A stretch of DNA of 52,264 nt, from the IMG/VR virus record IMGVR_UViG_3300030419_005497, positions 1 to 52,264 of that record. One strand, written 5' to 3'. Made by a program: the position numbers and the translations under genes. Of this stretch, positions 7,586 through 17,431 are shown piece by piece (within the stretch, counting starts at the first letter, position 1; every line of letters starts with the position of its first letter). This DNA is from a virus. Taxonomy: Duplodnaviria; Caudoviricetes. The notes beneath the pieces are model-generated. The model made no database searches and was not told where the DNA came from. It worked only from the letters and a program-made list of their open reading frames with translations.

Positions 7586-9787
7586 CTACTTACCGTTTAG
7601 ATAAGCGGAGAGATACTTTACATCCCCTACTTCTATCCCGTGATAATAGTCATTCGGGTTCATGAACTTAATCATCGGGTATTCTTCAATGAGTTCATCC
7701 ACCTGTTGCAAGTACGGGTTCTCTCCATCAGTATCTTGCTCAGGTTTCATAATTTTTTCAACCTCGTCCCTATCGATACCAAGACGAGCAAGGCCGCAAC
7801 GTAGGTTACTGTAGTGATCTCTAGGGCTACGATTCACTTTCGCAGAATTCGCGGCATCAACTAAATCCATGTATAAATGGTTTTTGTTTTTTAGCTGGCT
7901 TCGCAAAGTATTAATAATCTCATCTTTTGCAATAATGAAATTAGCATGGTAGCGAATTTTATCGCGGTTGCACCAATCTACTGCATCTTCATAGGCGTTG
8001 TTTTCTTCGGCCCATTTTGTCACGATTTGAAAGGTGACATCTTTCAATGCAGTCCAACCCTTACCAAGTTTCTTTATGGCTGAACTTTTAACAGCATAAA
8101 CTTCATCTTCGGAAGGAATGTCCTCTACGACTTCACGCATAGACCTCAGATGCTTGAAATAGACTTGAGGTGTTTCACCATCAATTTTATATCGATTCAT
8201 TTCAATGAAAATTCCATCAGTCTTTTCATTTAGATCGCAGTCAACTGGTTTCCAGTAGTCAGAATCATTACCCGTTTCTCCTGCTGAACCGTCTCTAACG
8301 AATTTGAATACTTTCAGATTGTTTTTTGGATTAGTGGGAGTATAGGAGCGAGTACCACTTGTGGTACGCTTCCCAAAGTCCTCTGGGAGAGAAACCTCCG
8401 ACAAATTTTTAATTTCACAATCAACTTTTGTTTTATCTAAAAACTCCTCCATGCCGTTGACCATCTTGCCCTCATTGTTGGCGTAATGCTCTGGGCAACT
8501 AATAAGGTGAACGTCATTCCCTGCTTCTGCCTCGCTCACGCAACGAGCGTAGAGTCCACGGGGGTTGGGAAGATCATTGTAGTAAAGAACAGTGTTTGGC
8601 TTCACCGCAATGTTGCGAGTTTCAACTCTACGGAACTTTTGAGTGTTTCGAGACTTCTCATAGCGATAAACCTTGAGGGGGCTACTACGCAAGTCCCAGC
8701 AAGAGATATTGGCAGAGTCGATTGCTTGACCATCATAGTCCACCTTTTCCACGATTCGGGAAAGGGTGTAGTATCCACTTCCGTAATCAAAAAGCTCGCC
8801 ATAGAGCAGTTTCGCTCCCCAATAGGACTTTTCGTTGGCAAATTTCTCATGAATTTGCCCAACGATTTCCTCCTTAATCTTGAGCATCTTTTTTACTATG
8901 TTCTTAATCGTAACATCAGTATATTCCAACATCTCGCGAGAGGCGGCGACACTCAATTCCCCGATTTCAAATTCAATATGCAGACATTCGCTGAACATAT
9001 TCTCTAATTCCTCTGGGACGTTTTTGAGGTTACTCTTTTCAATCCGGTAAGCAACATTGCCCATGATCGCAACTGGCTTGTTGTCGGAGTAATAAGTAGA
9101 AGTATTCGATGTGTTCCACTCCCATTCATCCCCAGAAAGAATTGGATCTTTTTGATCTTCAAAAAAAGTTGGTCGGCCCTTTATGACGGGCTTAACCTTG
9201 AAGTAGCGGAAAAACTCTTGAGCCTTTTCCTCAAAGACATTTATATCGTCTGGCTCAACGGGAATAATAACTTCGATCCCGTTTTCCTCATTGGTATCAC
9301 TAACGCCAAGTAAATCGCACTGACCTACCTTACTTGGATCAATAATTGCATTGTAGTGATAGCACTTGCCATCGACGTATGACTTAACCATGAAACTATC
9401 GGAATAGGCAAAGGCAGACTTACAACCGATTCCAAACATACCGATTGCATCATTAGTTCCACGCTTGGTTGACTCACCGTATTGAGTGTAGATATTCCGA
9501 ACCTCATCAGTGGTCAAACCCTTGCCATAATCGCGAACCGAAAACTCAGTCAGTAATCGAGTAGGAAGCCCAATTACAATAGGTCTTTCGGGCTGACCTG
9601 TTTGAACATGAGCATCTACCGCATTGCAAGCATACTCACGCTGAACTGCTAAAATCTTGTCCGAATACATTGAGTTTCGGAGAATATCCAGAAGGTGAGG
9701 CAATCCACTTTCAGAGATTGCGAACGAGACGGATTCCTGTATCCCTTTTTGGGATAAGGCGTTTTCATTAATTGGAGTTGGTTTCAT
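7586..9787 (-). CDS. rIIA: rIIA-like protein with N-terminal GHKL/HATPase domain
   Basis: MYSDKILAVQREYACNAVDAH, VRDYGKGL, YGESTK, IGMFGIGCKSAFAYSDSF; MGNVAY and GEL...SRE.L.Y; upstream of rIIB. Confidence 0.9.
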   Translation of the reverse strand: MKPTPINENALSQKGIQESVSFAISESGLPHLLDILRNSMYSDKILAVQREYACNAVDAHVQTGQPERPIVIGLPTRLLTEFSVRDYGKGLTTDEVRNIYTQYGESTKRGTNDAIGMFGIGCKSAFAYSDSFMVKSYVDGKCYHYNAIIDPSKVGQCDLLGVSDTNEENGIEVIIPVEPDDINVFEEKAQEFFRYFKVKPVIKGRPTFFEDQKDPILSGDEWEWNTSNTSTYYSDNKPVAIMGNVAYRIEKSNLKNVPEELENMFSECLHIEFEIGELSVAASREMLEYTDVTIKNIVKKMLKIKEEIVGQIHEKFANEKSYWGAKLLYGELFDYGSGYYTLSRIVEKVDYDGQAIDSANISCWDLRSSPLKVYRYEKSRNTQKFRRVETRNIAVKPNTVLYYNDLPNPRGLYARCVSEAEAGNDVHLISCPEHYANNEGKMVNGMEEFLDKTKVDCEIKNLSEVSLPEDFGKRTTSGTRSYTPTNPKNNLKVFKFVRDGSAGETGNDSDYWKPVDCDLNEKTDGIFIEMNRYKIDGETPQVYFKHLRSMREVVEDIPSEDEVYAVKSSAIKKLGKGWTALKDVTFQIVTKWAEENNAYEDAVDWCNRDKIRYHANFIIAKDEIINTLRSQLKNKNHLYMDLVDAANSAKVNRSPRDHYSNLRCGLARLGIDRDEVEKIMKPEQDTDGENPYLQQVDELIEEYPMIKFMNPNDYYHGIEVGDVKYLSAYLNGK

Positions 9788-9820
9788 GATTTGTATGTGT
9801 TATTCGTTTAACTTGAGACG

Positions 9821-9864
9821 AGCTTATAGGAATACTTATGCGGAGTCAATCTTTTTTTTCGTTA
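9821..9864 (-). promoter_or_regulatory. early promoter with ACGAAAAAAAA element
   Basis: TTGACT (9849-9844), 17 bp, TAAGCT (9826-9821). Confidence 0.75.
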
Positions 9865-12123
9865 TTCTCCCCAAAACTTCCACCAAGGCTTTTCCTCTGT
9901 TTTCGGTTCAAATATAGCCCCCTCTTTTTCGGTGGAGGTTTGAACTTCGACTTCAGCTTCCTTGTCTGGCTGTTCGTTAACTTGTTGGTCTACTACTTTC
10001 GATTTTAAATTTGAAAGATTTTGGTTTATGACTTCTGCCGCTACTTTAACCTTATCCAAAAGGCCACTAGGGGTAGAATCATCATCAAGGAGAATATGAT
10101 GTGTTCGCTTCCCCTTCTTCATAAGGTGTTCTGCTCTAGCCTCAAGCACTTTGTCCATATCCTTATCCCCAACGCTTACTGTTTCCCATGTGCAATACTC
10201 TCCCTCTGGCCTTATATTAACTGGTACAGGGAAATCGCTTGGCTTGTAAAAACCCCATCTGCTTTTTGCTTTACCATTCTTAAATTTTTCATGTTTCCTA
10301 ATTCGGATATGAGGCATCGGGGTTTGCCCATTCCCCTTGTTGTAGTCCTTGCGCTTAACCGTGCCATCTGATTCGTCGTAGTAATACTTCTTCTTGTTTC
10401 TCGGAACGCTGATGTTCCTAGCTTCGTATGCTTCAGTTTCTTCGTCGGATACTGGAGGCGCGTTTTCACCTTTGGATCTTTTTTCTTCGCGGTCTTTGTT
10501 CTCTCTTTCTACCCATTCAACCGTCTCTTGATTGATTCGTACTAGATTTTTTATACTAAAAAGGACAAGTCCTATAATGGAATCTTTTAAGACCGCATAC
10601 GTTTCTCGGTGCATCAAATCCTCAAGGACTGTAAAATCGCCGTTATACGAAATAGTTAAGTCTTTGCTTACTGTAATATCAAAAGAAGGATTAAACATAG
10701 TCCAATCATGTTCCGCTACCTTGAATTTTTCAAACTTTTCCTTCGGTACTACTTTTTCAGTGAAAGTATTGCGGTAAAATGTGAACCTCATGACTCCTCT
10801 CCTATCCGAATGACCCTCTCTCTGTTTGTTGATAGAAGCGTTCCATAAAAACTGCCTTTTCGTGAAAAACTTTTGAAAATCTTCTCCATTCTCAAGCGTG
10901 ACCTTTTCCGATTGCTCCCAATACATAGACTTCATGCTACTCAGCATAGTGGGATGCACCAAAGGCAAGCAATGATGCTGGTTCAATGTCACCGGATCAG
11001 TCGCTCCTTCTTTATCACACTTTTCCTTCTCGGTTTGTGAGAAGCAAGTTCCTGACCCAATATGTCTACCTAACCCAAGTAAAGCCTCTTTTTGTGGTTC
11101 TCCAAAAATCTGCTCAAATCTTTTAACGTCATCATCTTCTTCGGTTAATTTCGTTATAGTAAAAGATGGCAATGTTTTATCTTCATGCTCTACGACATAG
11201 GCACTTCTGTTGGAAAAGCATATATCAAACCAATTAGATGGAAGATCATCCCTAAAAACAAAAGGAATAGCAGGGTACAACTCCTGTTTAATTTCCCTGT
11301 CGAAACCGTCAGGATCTTTTTGGTCGCCATCGGCATAGTAACAATCAGTCCAATCGTTTTCATCTGAGCCAATAATTTTTGATCTAGTTTTGCCAATTTT
11401 CCATATCGCCCTACTCTCAGACATGAAAATCTTTTCGCATATCAAATCTTTAAGGTATTGATCCGCTATGCCATACCAGTTTGGGTCATCTACGTTCCCC
11501 ATCTTCCAGTTCAGATCGCTCTTTATCTTTTTTGAGTCTCTTAAATCATCCAATACTTCATTAATGTTATCCATGCACCAATTTACATAAGCAACATAAG
11601 ACTCCATGATCCATTCTTCATCGAGCGGTCTTAACCCCCTGTATCTTTCGTTCAAAATTCCGTCTTTATGCCTACCACTCTTAATTAGCTTGTTAATATG
11701 ATTTCTAAAACTAGGTTGACCAAGGGGGGATTCTTCATCGTGCTTCAGCATGAGAAGTCGATTTTTCAGACAATCTTTTTCTAATGCGTTTGGACTCGCA
11801 ATTTCCCACTTCGGCCTAACCAGTATTTTTTGAACTTCAGACTTATCGTATAAATAACCATTTTTATAGTCAAAGTCACTCATGTCCCTCAAATGACTAG
11901 AAGAAAGGGAATCTTTGGTAATGGAAGAAGATAGAGAGCGATTTGAGTAGGGTTCTCTATCGTAGTTTTCTTGCCTTGAATTAAAATAGGCCCACTGGTT
12001 TTTGTCTCCAGCTTTCGGCGTATTACCGATTTGGTTTGCGTCAGCGGTGAACCCAACGGACTTATTCTTTTTCCGTCTTGGGGTTGGCCCCCTTCCCTTT
12101 TTTCTACCCTTACTCTTTGGCAT
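9862..12123 (-). CDS. large hypothetical protein (753 aa)
   Basis: long uninterrupted ORF; very basic N-terminus, PMPHIRIRKH segment, C-terminal KPWWKFW; own promoter. Confidence 0.85.
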   Translation of the reverse strand: MPKSKGRKKGRGPTPRRKKNKSVGFTADANQIGNTPKAGDKNQWAYFNSRQENYDREPYSNRSLSSSITKDSLSSSHLRDMSDFDYKNGYLYDKSEVQKILVRPKWEIASPNALEKDCLKNRLLMLKHDEESPLGQPSFRNHINKLIKSGRHKDGILNERYRGLRPLDEEWIMESYVAYVNWCMDNINEVLDDLRDSKKIKSDLNWKMGNVDDPNWYGIADQYLKDLICEKIFMSESRAIWKIGKTRSKIIGSDENDWTDCYYADGDQKDPDGFDREIKQELYPAIPFVFRDDLPSNWFDICFSNRSAYVVEHEDKTLPSFTITKLTEEDDDVKRFEQIFGEPQKEALLGLGRHIGSGTCFSQTEKEKCDKEGATDPVTLNQHHCLPLVHPTMLSSMKSMYWEQSEKVTLENGEDFQKFFTKRQFLWNASINKQREGHSDRRGVMRFTFYRNTFTEKVVPKEKFEKFKVAEHDWTMFNPSFDITVSKDLTISYNGDFTVLEDLMHRETYAVLKDSIIGLVLFSIKNLVRINQETVEWVERENKDREEKRSKGENAPPVSDEETEAYEARNISVPRNKKKYYYDESDGTVKRKDYNKGNGQTPMPHIRIRKHEKFKNGKAKSRWGFYKPSDFPVPVNIRPEGEYCTWETVSVGDKDMDKVLEARAEHLMKKGKRTHHILLDDDSTPSGLLDKVKVAAEVINQNLSNLKSKVVDQQVNEQPDKEAEVEVQTSTEKEGAIFEPKTEEKPWWKFWGE

Positions 12124-12129
12124 GGATCG

Positions 12130-12173
12130 ACACTACTATCTAATCAGTAGTTCGTCAATTATTTTTTTCGTAA
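12130..12173 (-). promoter_or_regulatory. early promoter with TTACGAAAAAAA element (leaderless)
   Basis: TTGACG (12158-12153), 17 bp, TAGTGT (12135-12130); ATG at 12123. Confidence 0.75.
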
Positions 12174-12404
12174 TTATCTATGTATGTAATCAAAACCATC
12201 TGGCCCATCTGTCCTTGTTTCGATTTCAAAATTCTCCAAATAAGATTCGTCTAGCATTTCACTAAAAGGTGTGTCCATAAACATCTCGTAAGCTGCTTTA
12301 TGGGCATCCTCATGAGCGTTAGCTTTTATCACTACGGTTTTTGCAACAGAAAAAACAATCTTAACTGGAACTTCATTATTCTTGTCACCTTGTTCTATTC
12401 TCAT
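12174..12404 (-). CDS. hypothetical protein
   Basis: 76-aa ORF in the co-oriented cluster. Confidence 0.6.
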   Translation of the reverse strand: MRIEQGDKNNEVPVKIVFSVAKTVVIKANAHEDAHKAAYEMFMDTPFSEMLDESYLENFEIETRTDGPDGFDYIHR

Positions 12405-12502
12405 ATTTTTTCCACTTTCGCTTTATGTAGTCCCACAACATGATTCCTATTCCCAGTATAAAATAAAGCACCTTCATGTCTATTTTTACACCAAGAAAAA
12501 CT

Positions 12503-12579
12503 TGGTTGGCCCGTAGGGACTTGAACCCTAAACCTTGGAATTATGAGTTCCCTGCTCTAACCGATTGAGCTACGGGCCA
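12503..12579 (-). tRNA. tRNA with CAT anticodon, probably tRNA-Ile2 (alternatively elongator Met)
   Basis: TGGCCCG TA GCTC..GAGC A GGGAA CT CAT AA TTCCA..TAGGG TTCAAGT CCCTA CGGGCCA A CCA; C4/C5 in acceptor stem as in Ile2; encoded CCA. Confidence 0.9.
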
Positions 12580-13033
12580 TCCAGATTGGTCTGGGGGTCT
12601 TGCCCCATTTGGCAAAATACGATTTCTCTCCGTTGTAGTAATCTCGATATGCTTGAACCGGATCTTCTTTTTTATACTCATCTGGCATCGCTTGAGCAAA
12701 CGGAGTCAAGCCAACGTCAGGTAAATTAAGTTTGTCGTAGTGGTTATCGCACCAATCAATAGCATCAAGAGATTTATGGATTTTACCGTAACGCTCAAAG
12801 TATTCTTCGCACAACTGATATGCGTGAGTAAGTAACCACTCATAGTTGGATTTGGACTCACGCGCCCATTTAGTGCAAGGATGATTATAGTATGCTCTAC
12901 GGTACGGAGCTTTACCATTTTCAAAGGCAGAGCATAACATTTGTGCAGACTCAAGAATCATTTTAACAACGTGCTTATCGCACAACTGACGCGCTGCCGT
13001 CTTGGGGTCTTTATGGACAATGAATATATTCAT
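12557..13033 (-). CDS. pyrimidine-dimer DNA glycosylase (DenV-related)-family phage protein
   Basis: MNIF...D.HVVKMILESAQML, NHPCTKWARES..NY.WL, TPFAQAMPD.Y...V.AYR.YY motifs; start taken at ATG 13033. Confidence 0.75.
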   Translation of the reverse strand: MNIFIVHKDPKTAARQLCDKHVVKMILESAQMLCSAFENGKAPYRRAYYNHPCTKWARESKSNYEWLLTHAYQLCEEYFERYGKIHKSLDAIDWCDNHYDKLNLPDVGLTPFAQAMPDEYKKEDPVQAYRDYYNGEKSYFAKWGKTPRPIWMARSSIG

Positions 13034-13392
13034 TCGTAATAGCCGATAGTCTTGACAAAGGCTGGAGTATAATCTCCCACATAAGAACATTCAACATTAT
13101 ATGAAAAGTATTGCTCTGCTTCGTCATACCAAGAAATAAAATCTACGATACCATCCCCCTTGCCTTCGGAGGGGTCACTAGCAATAAAGTCCTCCATCAA
13201 AAGATCAAGGCATTTATAGTAGCAGTAACAAGCTCTTGGGTTATCCCCAAAGGTTTCTGAAACCCCAATGAAAGCCTCATCGAAACCGTCAGCGAGGAGG
13301 ATTTTACCCGAAAGTTCGGGGTAATGCTCCTCGATGTAGCCTTCTATCCTCCTTCTTTCTTTTGAGCTATTCTTTCCCATCGGCAAACTCAT
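13030..13392 (-). CDS. conserved phage hypothetical protein
   Basis: ADGFDEAFIGV...EA.QYF.YN...YVG..TP.F pattern. Confidence 0.75.
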   Translation of the reverse strand: MSLPMGKNSSKERRRIEGYIEEHYPELSGKILLADGFDEAFIGVSETFGDNPRACYCYYKCLDLLMEDFIASDPSEGKGDGIVDFISWYDEAEQYFSYNVECSYVGDYTPAFVKTIGYYE

Positions 13393-13708
13393 CTTCTACC
13401 GTAGCAAACTGCCCTTCAGCTTGCTTCTCGGATTGATCCATTATGTATTTAACGAGTTCGTGTATTTCATGATATATTTTCAGATGTCGGTTATTTTCGA
13501 CTGCCTTCATCATTACATCTTCTCTTTGCTCGTCGCTCAACTCAGAGAATTTCTCTTTTTCCATTCGACAAGCGAGAGGAGGAAGGAAGTCTATAGAGTC
13601 GTGAGTGATATGAACAACGGCATCGTGTTCGCCAACAGTGATTGTAGTATTATTGTCTTTCATTTTTTTAAGATGGTTTGTCGCCATGATATTTTTCGTA
13701 GAGAACAT
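13367..13708 (-). CDS. hypothetical protein
   Basis: ORF in overlapping co-oriented string; start uncertain. Confidence 0.6.
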   Translation of the reverse strand: MFSTKNIMATNHLKKMKDNNTTITVGEHDAVVHITHDSIDFLPPLACRMEKEKFSELSDEQREDVMMKAVENNRHLKIYHEIHELVKYIMDQSEKQAEGQFATVEDEFADGKE

Positions 13709-14297
13709 GATATAAACTTTCTTTGTTCTTATACGGCATCTCTTTAATGACTTTCATAGTGACTTCTGGTTCCGATAACAAGGGTAGAATTCTTTTTTCT
13801 AGTCTGGTTAATTTTTCCTTTTCTTCTTTGTTCATTAATGGAATGTGATTGGGTTTACAATACAAAGCTCTATCAAAACTGATAACACCGCCCAAATAAT
13901 AAAGCCCTCAAGAGGATTAAACAAACCAAATAATACGAGGGTAATCGCTATCCCCAAGGCAATGTAAACTCCCATTATTTTCTCTCCCTCATTTTTTGAA
14001 GGTTAATCGATTTTACGCCTTCTTCCTTGGAGAATTCTTCCTTCCATAATTTTTTGAGTTCATTCCATTGCTCTAAATCAAGATCTTTTTCTGGCTCCTC
14101 CACTACAATTATTACCTTATACTTCATTTCTATTCCTCTTTGCCTAATTCTTTGGGGATTGTGGGTCGTTCTCTTTCAATCAAATCTATAATATCTTGAC
14201 AACGATCAACGTATTGGTCTGTGGTTAAATGATTGCCGTCTCGCATATCGGGGCATCTGTCGTAAATTGCTTTTATGATTTCGTAGTTTCTCATATA

Positions 14298-14576
14298 TCA
14301 TTTCTCTTTAGAATATAGACCCGACCTTTCATCTATATCTTTAGATTGCTTTGTTAATTTTTTAATTATTGTATCGTAAGCAGGTTTACCCCATTCTCCT
14401 AAATGACTACAATGTTTTGCTAGGGGGTCATTAGGTTGAGGCACTCCGAGTATTTTGTAGCGCGTTTTATTAATTTTTTCCACCTGTTCGCAAGTAGAAC
14501 GAGCTACACAAAAGTTAATAGCGTCCACTACCATCCATATTTCTGCTCTGTTAAGTTCGGCTTCTTCGTCAGTCAT
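14298..14576 (-). CDS. hypothetical protein
   Basis: 92-aa ORF with GGAGG SD and TAAATG junction. Confidence 0.7.
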   Translation of the reverse strand: MTDEEAELNRAEIWMVVDAINFCVARSTCEQVEKINKTRYKILGVPQPNDPLAKHCSHLGEWGKPAYDTIIKKLTKQSKDIDERSGLYSKEK

Positions 14577-14768
14577 TTAACCCTCCATGTGTTTTTCAAG
14601 TTGTTCGCGCAAGCGGAGGAACTCATCGTCAGATAAATCCATCTCCTCTGCAATTTCATCTCCTACCATCGCCATGCCAAGGCGAGCTATTTCTAAATAA
14701 GTGATCGCATCTTCTTTCATTCTAAAACTCCCTCCTTTCCAAATCGTCCATTTGCCCAAGTTGGTCAA
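14577..14768 (-). CDS. hypothetical protein
   Basis: ORF; likely start at internal MKEDA after AGGAGG. Confidence 0.6.
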   Translation of the reverse strand: MTNLGKWTIWKGGSFRMKEDAITYLEIARLGMAMVGDEIAEEMDLSDDEFLRLREQLEKHMEG

Positions 14769-14928
14769 TAACTTGCCATCCCAACTCGACCATCCGGTCT
14801 TGGATATTTCTCTCGTTCCTACTCAAGAACTCTACTGCTTGCTCCTCGCTCACATTGAACAGGTCTTGCACATCGCTAGTAGTCCAAACTACTTTCGCGT
14901 ATAAATTTTTGCCGTCTTTAATTGTCAT
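14722..14928 (-). CDS. hypothetical protein
   Basis: 68-aa ORF with GGAGGACTAAATG junction. Confidence 0.7.
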   Translation of the reverse strand: MTIKDGKNLYAKVVWTTSDVQDLFNVSEEQAVEFLSRNERNIQDRMVELGWQVIDQLGQMDDLERREF

Positions 14929-15099
14929 TTAGTCCTCCCTAATGTTTTCATCGTAGTCAATATAGGCTTCAGCAATTTCAATCGCCTGTCGTTCAAGGCT
15001 GGCTTGCGCTTCCTGTTCAGCATACATGATGTCATGTTCAGCAAGGGTATTAGCTTTTGCCAATTTTAATACAATATCAAATGCTTCTTTGTTAGTCAT
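14929..15099 (-). CDS. small hypothetical protein, MxNKEA..IVL family paralog 3 (56 aa, not in ORF track)
   Basis: MTNKEAFDIVLKLAKANTLAEHDIMYAEQEAQASLERQAIEIAEAYIDYDENIRED*. Confidence 0.7.
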   Translation of the reverse strand: MTNKEAFDIVLKLAKANTLAEHDIMYAEQEAQASLERQAIEIAEAYIDYDENIRED

Positions 15100-15307
15100 T
15101 TAGTTGCCCGTTTGCGTTCAACCAAGTCTCTTGCGTTTCTATATCTTCAATACTCTCAATCTCTGCGTTCTCAACCCAAGCATTACTGACTTCGGTATCC
15201 ATTTGTAATTCTTCTATCGCTGCCTCCTCTGCAAACTTTTTGCTTGGAGCCTCCACATGGTAGGTGCGATAGGTTGTTGATTTAAATTCTACTTCGTATG
15301 TTTTCAT
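15092..15307 (-). CDS. hypothetical protein
   Basis: 71-aa acidic ORF (Y.V.....Y.VEA.S...AEE pattern common in small phage proteins). Confidence 0.7.
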   Translation of the reverse strand: MKTYEVEFKSTTYRTYHVEAPSKKFAEEAAIEELQMDTEVSNAWVENAEIESIEDIETQETWLNANGQLND

Positions 15308-15335
15308 TTTAATTTAATTCAATTTTGGTTTGATA

Positions 15336-15524
15336 TTAATTCTCCGTTATTCTTTCTTTAACGTGTGTTTCCCAATACTCAATGACACTATCGTCATCCA
15401 TATTCTTCCAACCAGAGCATCCTTCCATCAACAAGCAGTAAGTGTCGTTAATGTCCAGCATTTCATCTTCATGCTCGCAGCACTGTTCGCGCATTTCTTG
15501 TAATTGTTCATGTGTGTATTTCAT
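15336..15524 (-). CDS. hypothetical protein
   Basis: 62-aa ORF in co-oriented cluster. Confidence 0.65.
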   Translation of the reverse strand: MKYTHEQLQEMREQCCEHEDEMLDINDTYCLLMEGCSGWKNMDDDSVIEYWETHVKERITEN

Positions 15525-15698
15525 AATTTATCTTTCTATCTTTTCAAATTGTTTATCAAGAATACCATAAGCAATATCCTCCGCGATTTGTTGCCCAAAT
15601 TGTGGGTTAATATCGCCATTCTCTATCAATTTATCCATGTAATCAAACACGGCATATTGAATATCTTCTTTTAGGTCTGGTATCTTGTATCCCATAAT

Positions 15699-15971
15699 TT
15701 AATTCCCCAATTTGTCTTGGTAATGTTTCTTAACCCAACCGTCATTGTGTCCACCGTTTGCTTCGGCTTTCCATTTCGTTTCTACTTGTTCTTCTATGGA
15801 TCGGTTTCTATTATACGAGGCAATTTCTTCTTCCTCGTCTTGCCTTTGCCATTCTTGATCGATAAAACTTCTTACGCTTTGAATCTCTAGGGTATTATCC
15901 ATTCCTTTGAAATTACCTTCAATGAAACAAAGTCTCCTGTGGGCTTCTTCTAGTATTTCTTTATCTGTCAT
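15699..15971 (-). CDS. hypothetical protein
   Basis: 90-aa ORF in co-oriented cluster. Confidence 0.65.
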   Translation of the reverse strand: MTDKEILEEAHRRLCFIEGNFKGMDNTLEIQSVRSFIDQEWQRQDEEEEIASYNRNRSIEEQVETKWKAEANGGHNDGWVKKHYQDKLGN

Positions 15972-16235
15972 TTTAATTTAATTTTTAATATACCAATCTA
16001 AATAAATTTCGTAGCCAATTCCGATTGCTGCTACGCATATAGAGGACGCAATCAATACCCCGATTACTAACATTGTTGAATCTGGCTCTTTCATTTTAGT
16101 CTGTTACCCCATTCAAGTTGTAGTGCTAACATGATTTTTTTCGCAAGCATTTCTCTAGCTGCTTCAGAGGCTAAATTGATTTGACCATCAGCGTAGCCTT
16201 CTAATACTTCCATCACTATTTTCTTTTCGTATTCG

Positions 16236-16601
16236 TTAACTTTCATTTTTCGAGTTCCCTTTTATGTATAGATTCTCTGGAGCCTTATCGTAATACCTAA
16301 ATAAAGCTGGGCATAGCCAGACATCCAAATCTGATCCAGCAACCTTATACCAAGTTCCATTGGTCATATCGAGATCCGTTTTTGAGGTGTGTTTTTTCAA
16401 ATGAAAATCAAATTTGGGTAATTTATTGTCTGAGAAAATTAAATTAAAGTCGCCATACTTCTTAAAAAGTTGAGAGCATAAAATGTCTGCCCCGCAGACC
16501 AAAGGCTCTCGCTCAAGTCCTTTTGACGAATCATCGAAAACCCATTGTCCTTCTATCTTATATGGCGATATTACATATAATGCGTTTTTAGTAGGTGTCA
16601 T
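16236..16601 (-). CDS. DUF6717-like protein
   Basis: VI.PYK..G.WVFDD...GL.REP.V.GAD...G.WY...WLCPALF.YY..AP..LY. Confidence 0.75.
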   Translation of the reverse strand: MTPTKNALYVISPYKIEGQWVFDDSSKGLEREPLVCGADILCSQLFKKYGDFNLIFSDNKLPKFDFHLKKHTSKTDLDMTNGTWYKVAGSDLDVWLCPALFRYYDKAPENLYIKGNSKNES

Positions 16602-16603
16602 AT

Positions 16604-16789
16604 TTAAGATCCCTTTTTAATTTCGTAGTAAGTATGACCATTCTGGTCTTTGTGTTCGATAGATTCTTCTTCGTCTAATTCGCGGATGCAACTTCCACCG
16701 TACATTAATGCCGTTTCTTTTGCCTCCTCCAAGTTTTCGGCTTGGGTAATGAAGGTTTCGTTGTGTTCAATACATAAATACTTTTTCAT
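16604..16789 (-). CDS. hypothetical protein
   Basis: 61-aa ORF. Confidence 0.65.
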   Translation of the reverse strand: MKKYLCIEHNETFITQAENLEEAKETALMYGGSCIRELDEEESIEHKDQNGHTYYEIKKGS

Positions 16790-16791
16790 AA

Positions 16792-17430
16792 TTATCTAGT
16801 CATTCCATAAGGTAATTCTTTTAGTCTTTGAATTTTAGCTTCGTACTCTTTAATCTGTAAGGCTTTGTGTGCCTCGTTCATTTCTTTCCTCGTTGCAAAT
16901 TCTTCATAGAGATAAATAGGTTCCAAGTTAAGATCGTCTTGAGTCAGACCGTGTTCCTTAATGAAATCACATGACCGAACTTCATCGCTCAACTTGATTT
17001 GGTATGGATCGGTAAGCCGCTTCCACACGCTTTCCTCCATCTGTGCCTTGGATGACCACCAATCATTGCCTATTGTCCGATTGGTTTTCCAAGCGTCAGG
17101 TTCCCAAAGCATATACTTGTTAGCCTTCTTCCAATAGTTTTTGGACAAGGGATTAAACGGGTAGTCTCCTATACTTTTATCAAAGTAAAGATTATGCTCC
17201 TCGAAATCATAACGAGGACTATGCCACTCGTTACTATTCCAATACTGTTTTATGATACCAAGATTGGCTCCAGCAAACTCTTTCTTGCCCCTTTTGGGGC
17301 CGAGAGTTTTATCGTTGTCCCATTGGTATGTGTACCCCTCAAAAGATACCGCCCATTCATCACCGAGACTCATGTAGAGTAATTCTGATTCGTCTACGCG
17401 AAAGTGATTTGAGTTACAAGTGTATCCCAT
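16792..17430 (-). CDS. hypothetical protein
   Basis: 212-aa aromatic-rich ORF. Confidence 0.75.
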   Translation of the reverse strand: MGYTCNSNHFRVDESELLYMSLGDEWAVSFEGYTYQWDNDKTLGPKRGKKEFAGANLGIIKQYWNSNEWHSPRYDFEEHNLYFDKSIGDYPFNPLSKNYWKKANKYMLWEPDAWKTNRTIGNDWWSSKAQMEESVWKRLTDPYQIKLSDEVRSCDFIKEHGLTQDDLNLEPIYLYEEFATRKEMNEAHKALQIKEYEAKIQRLKELPYGMTR

Positions 17431-17431
17431 G

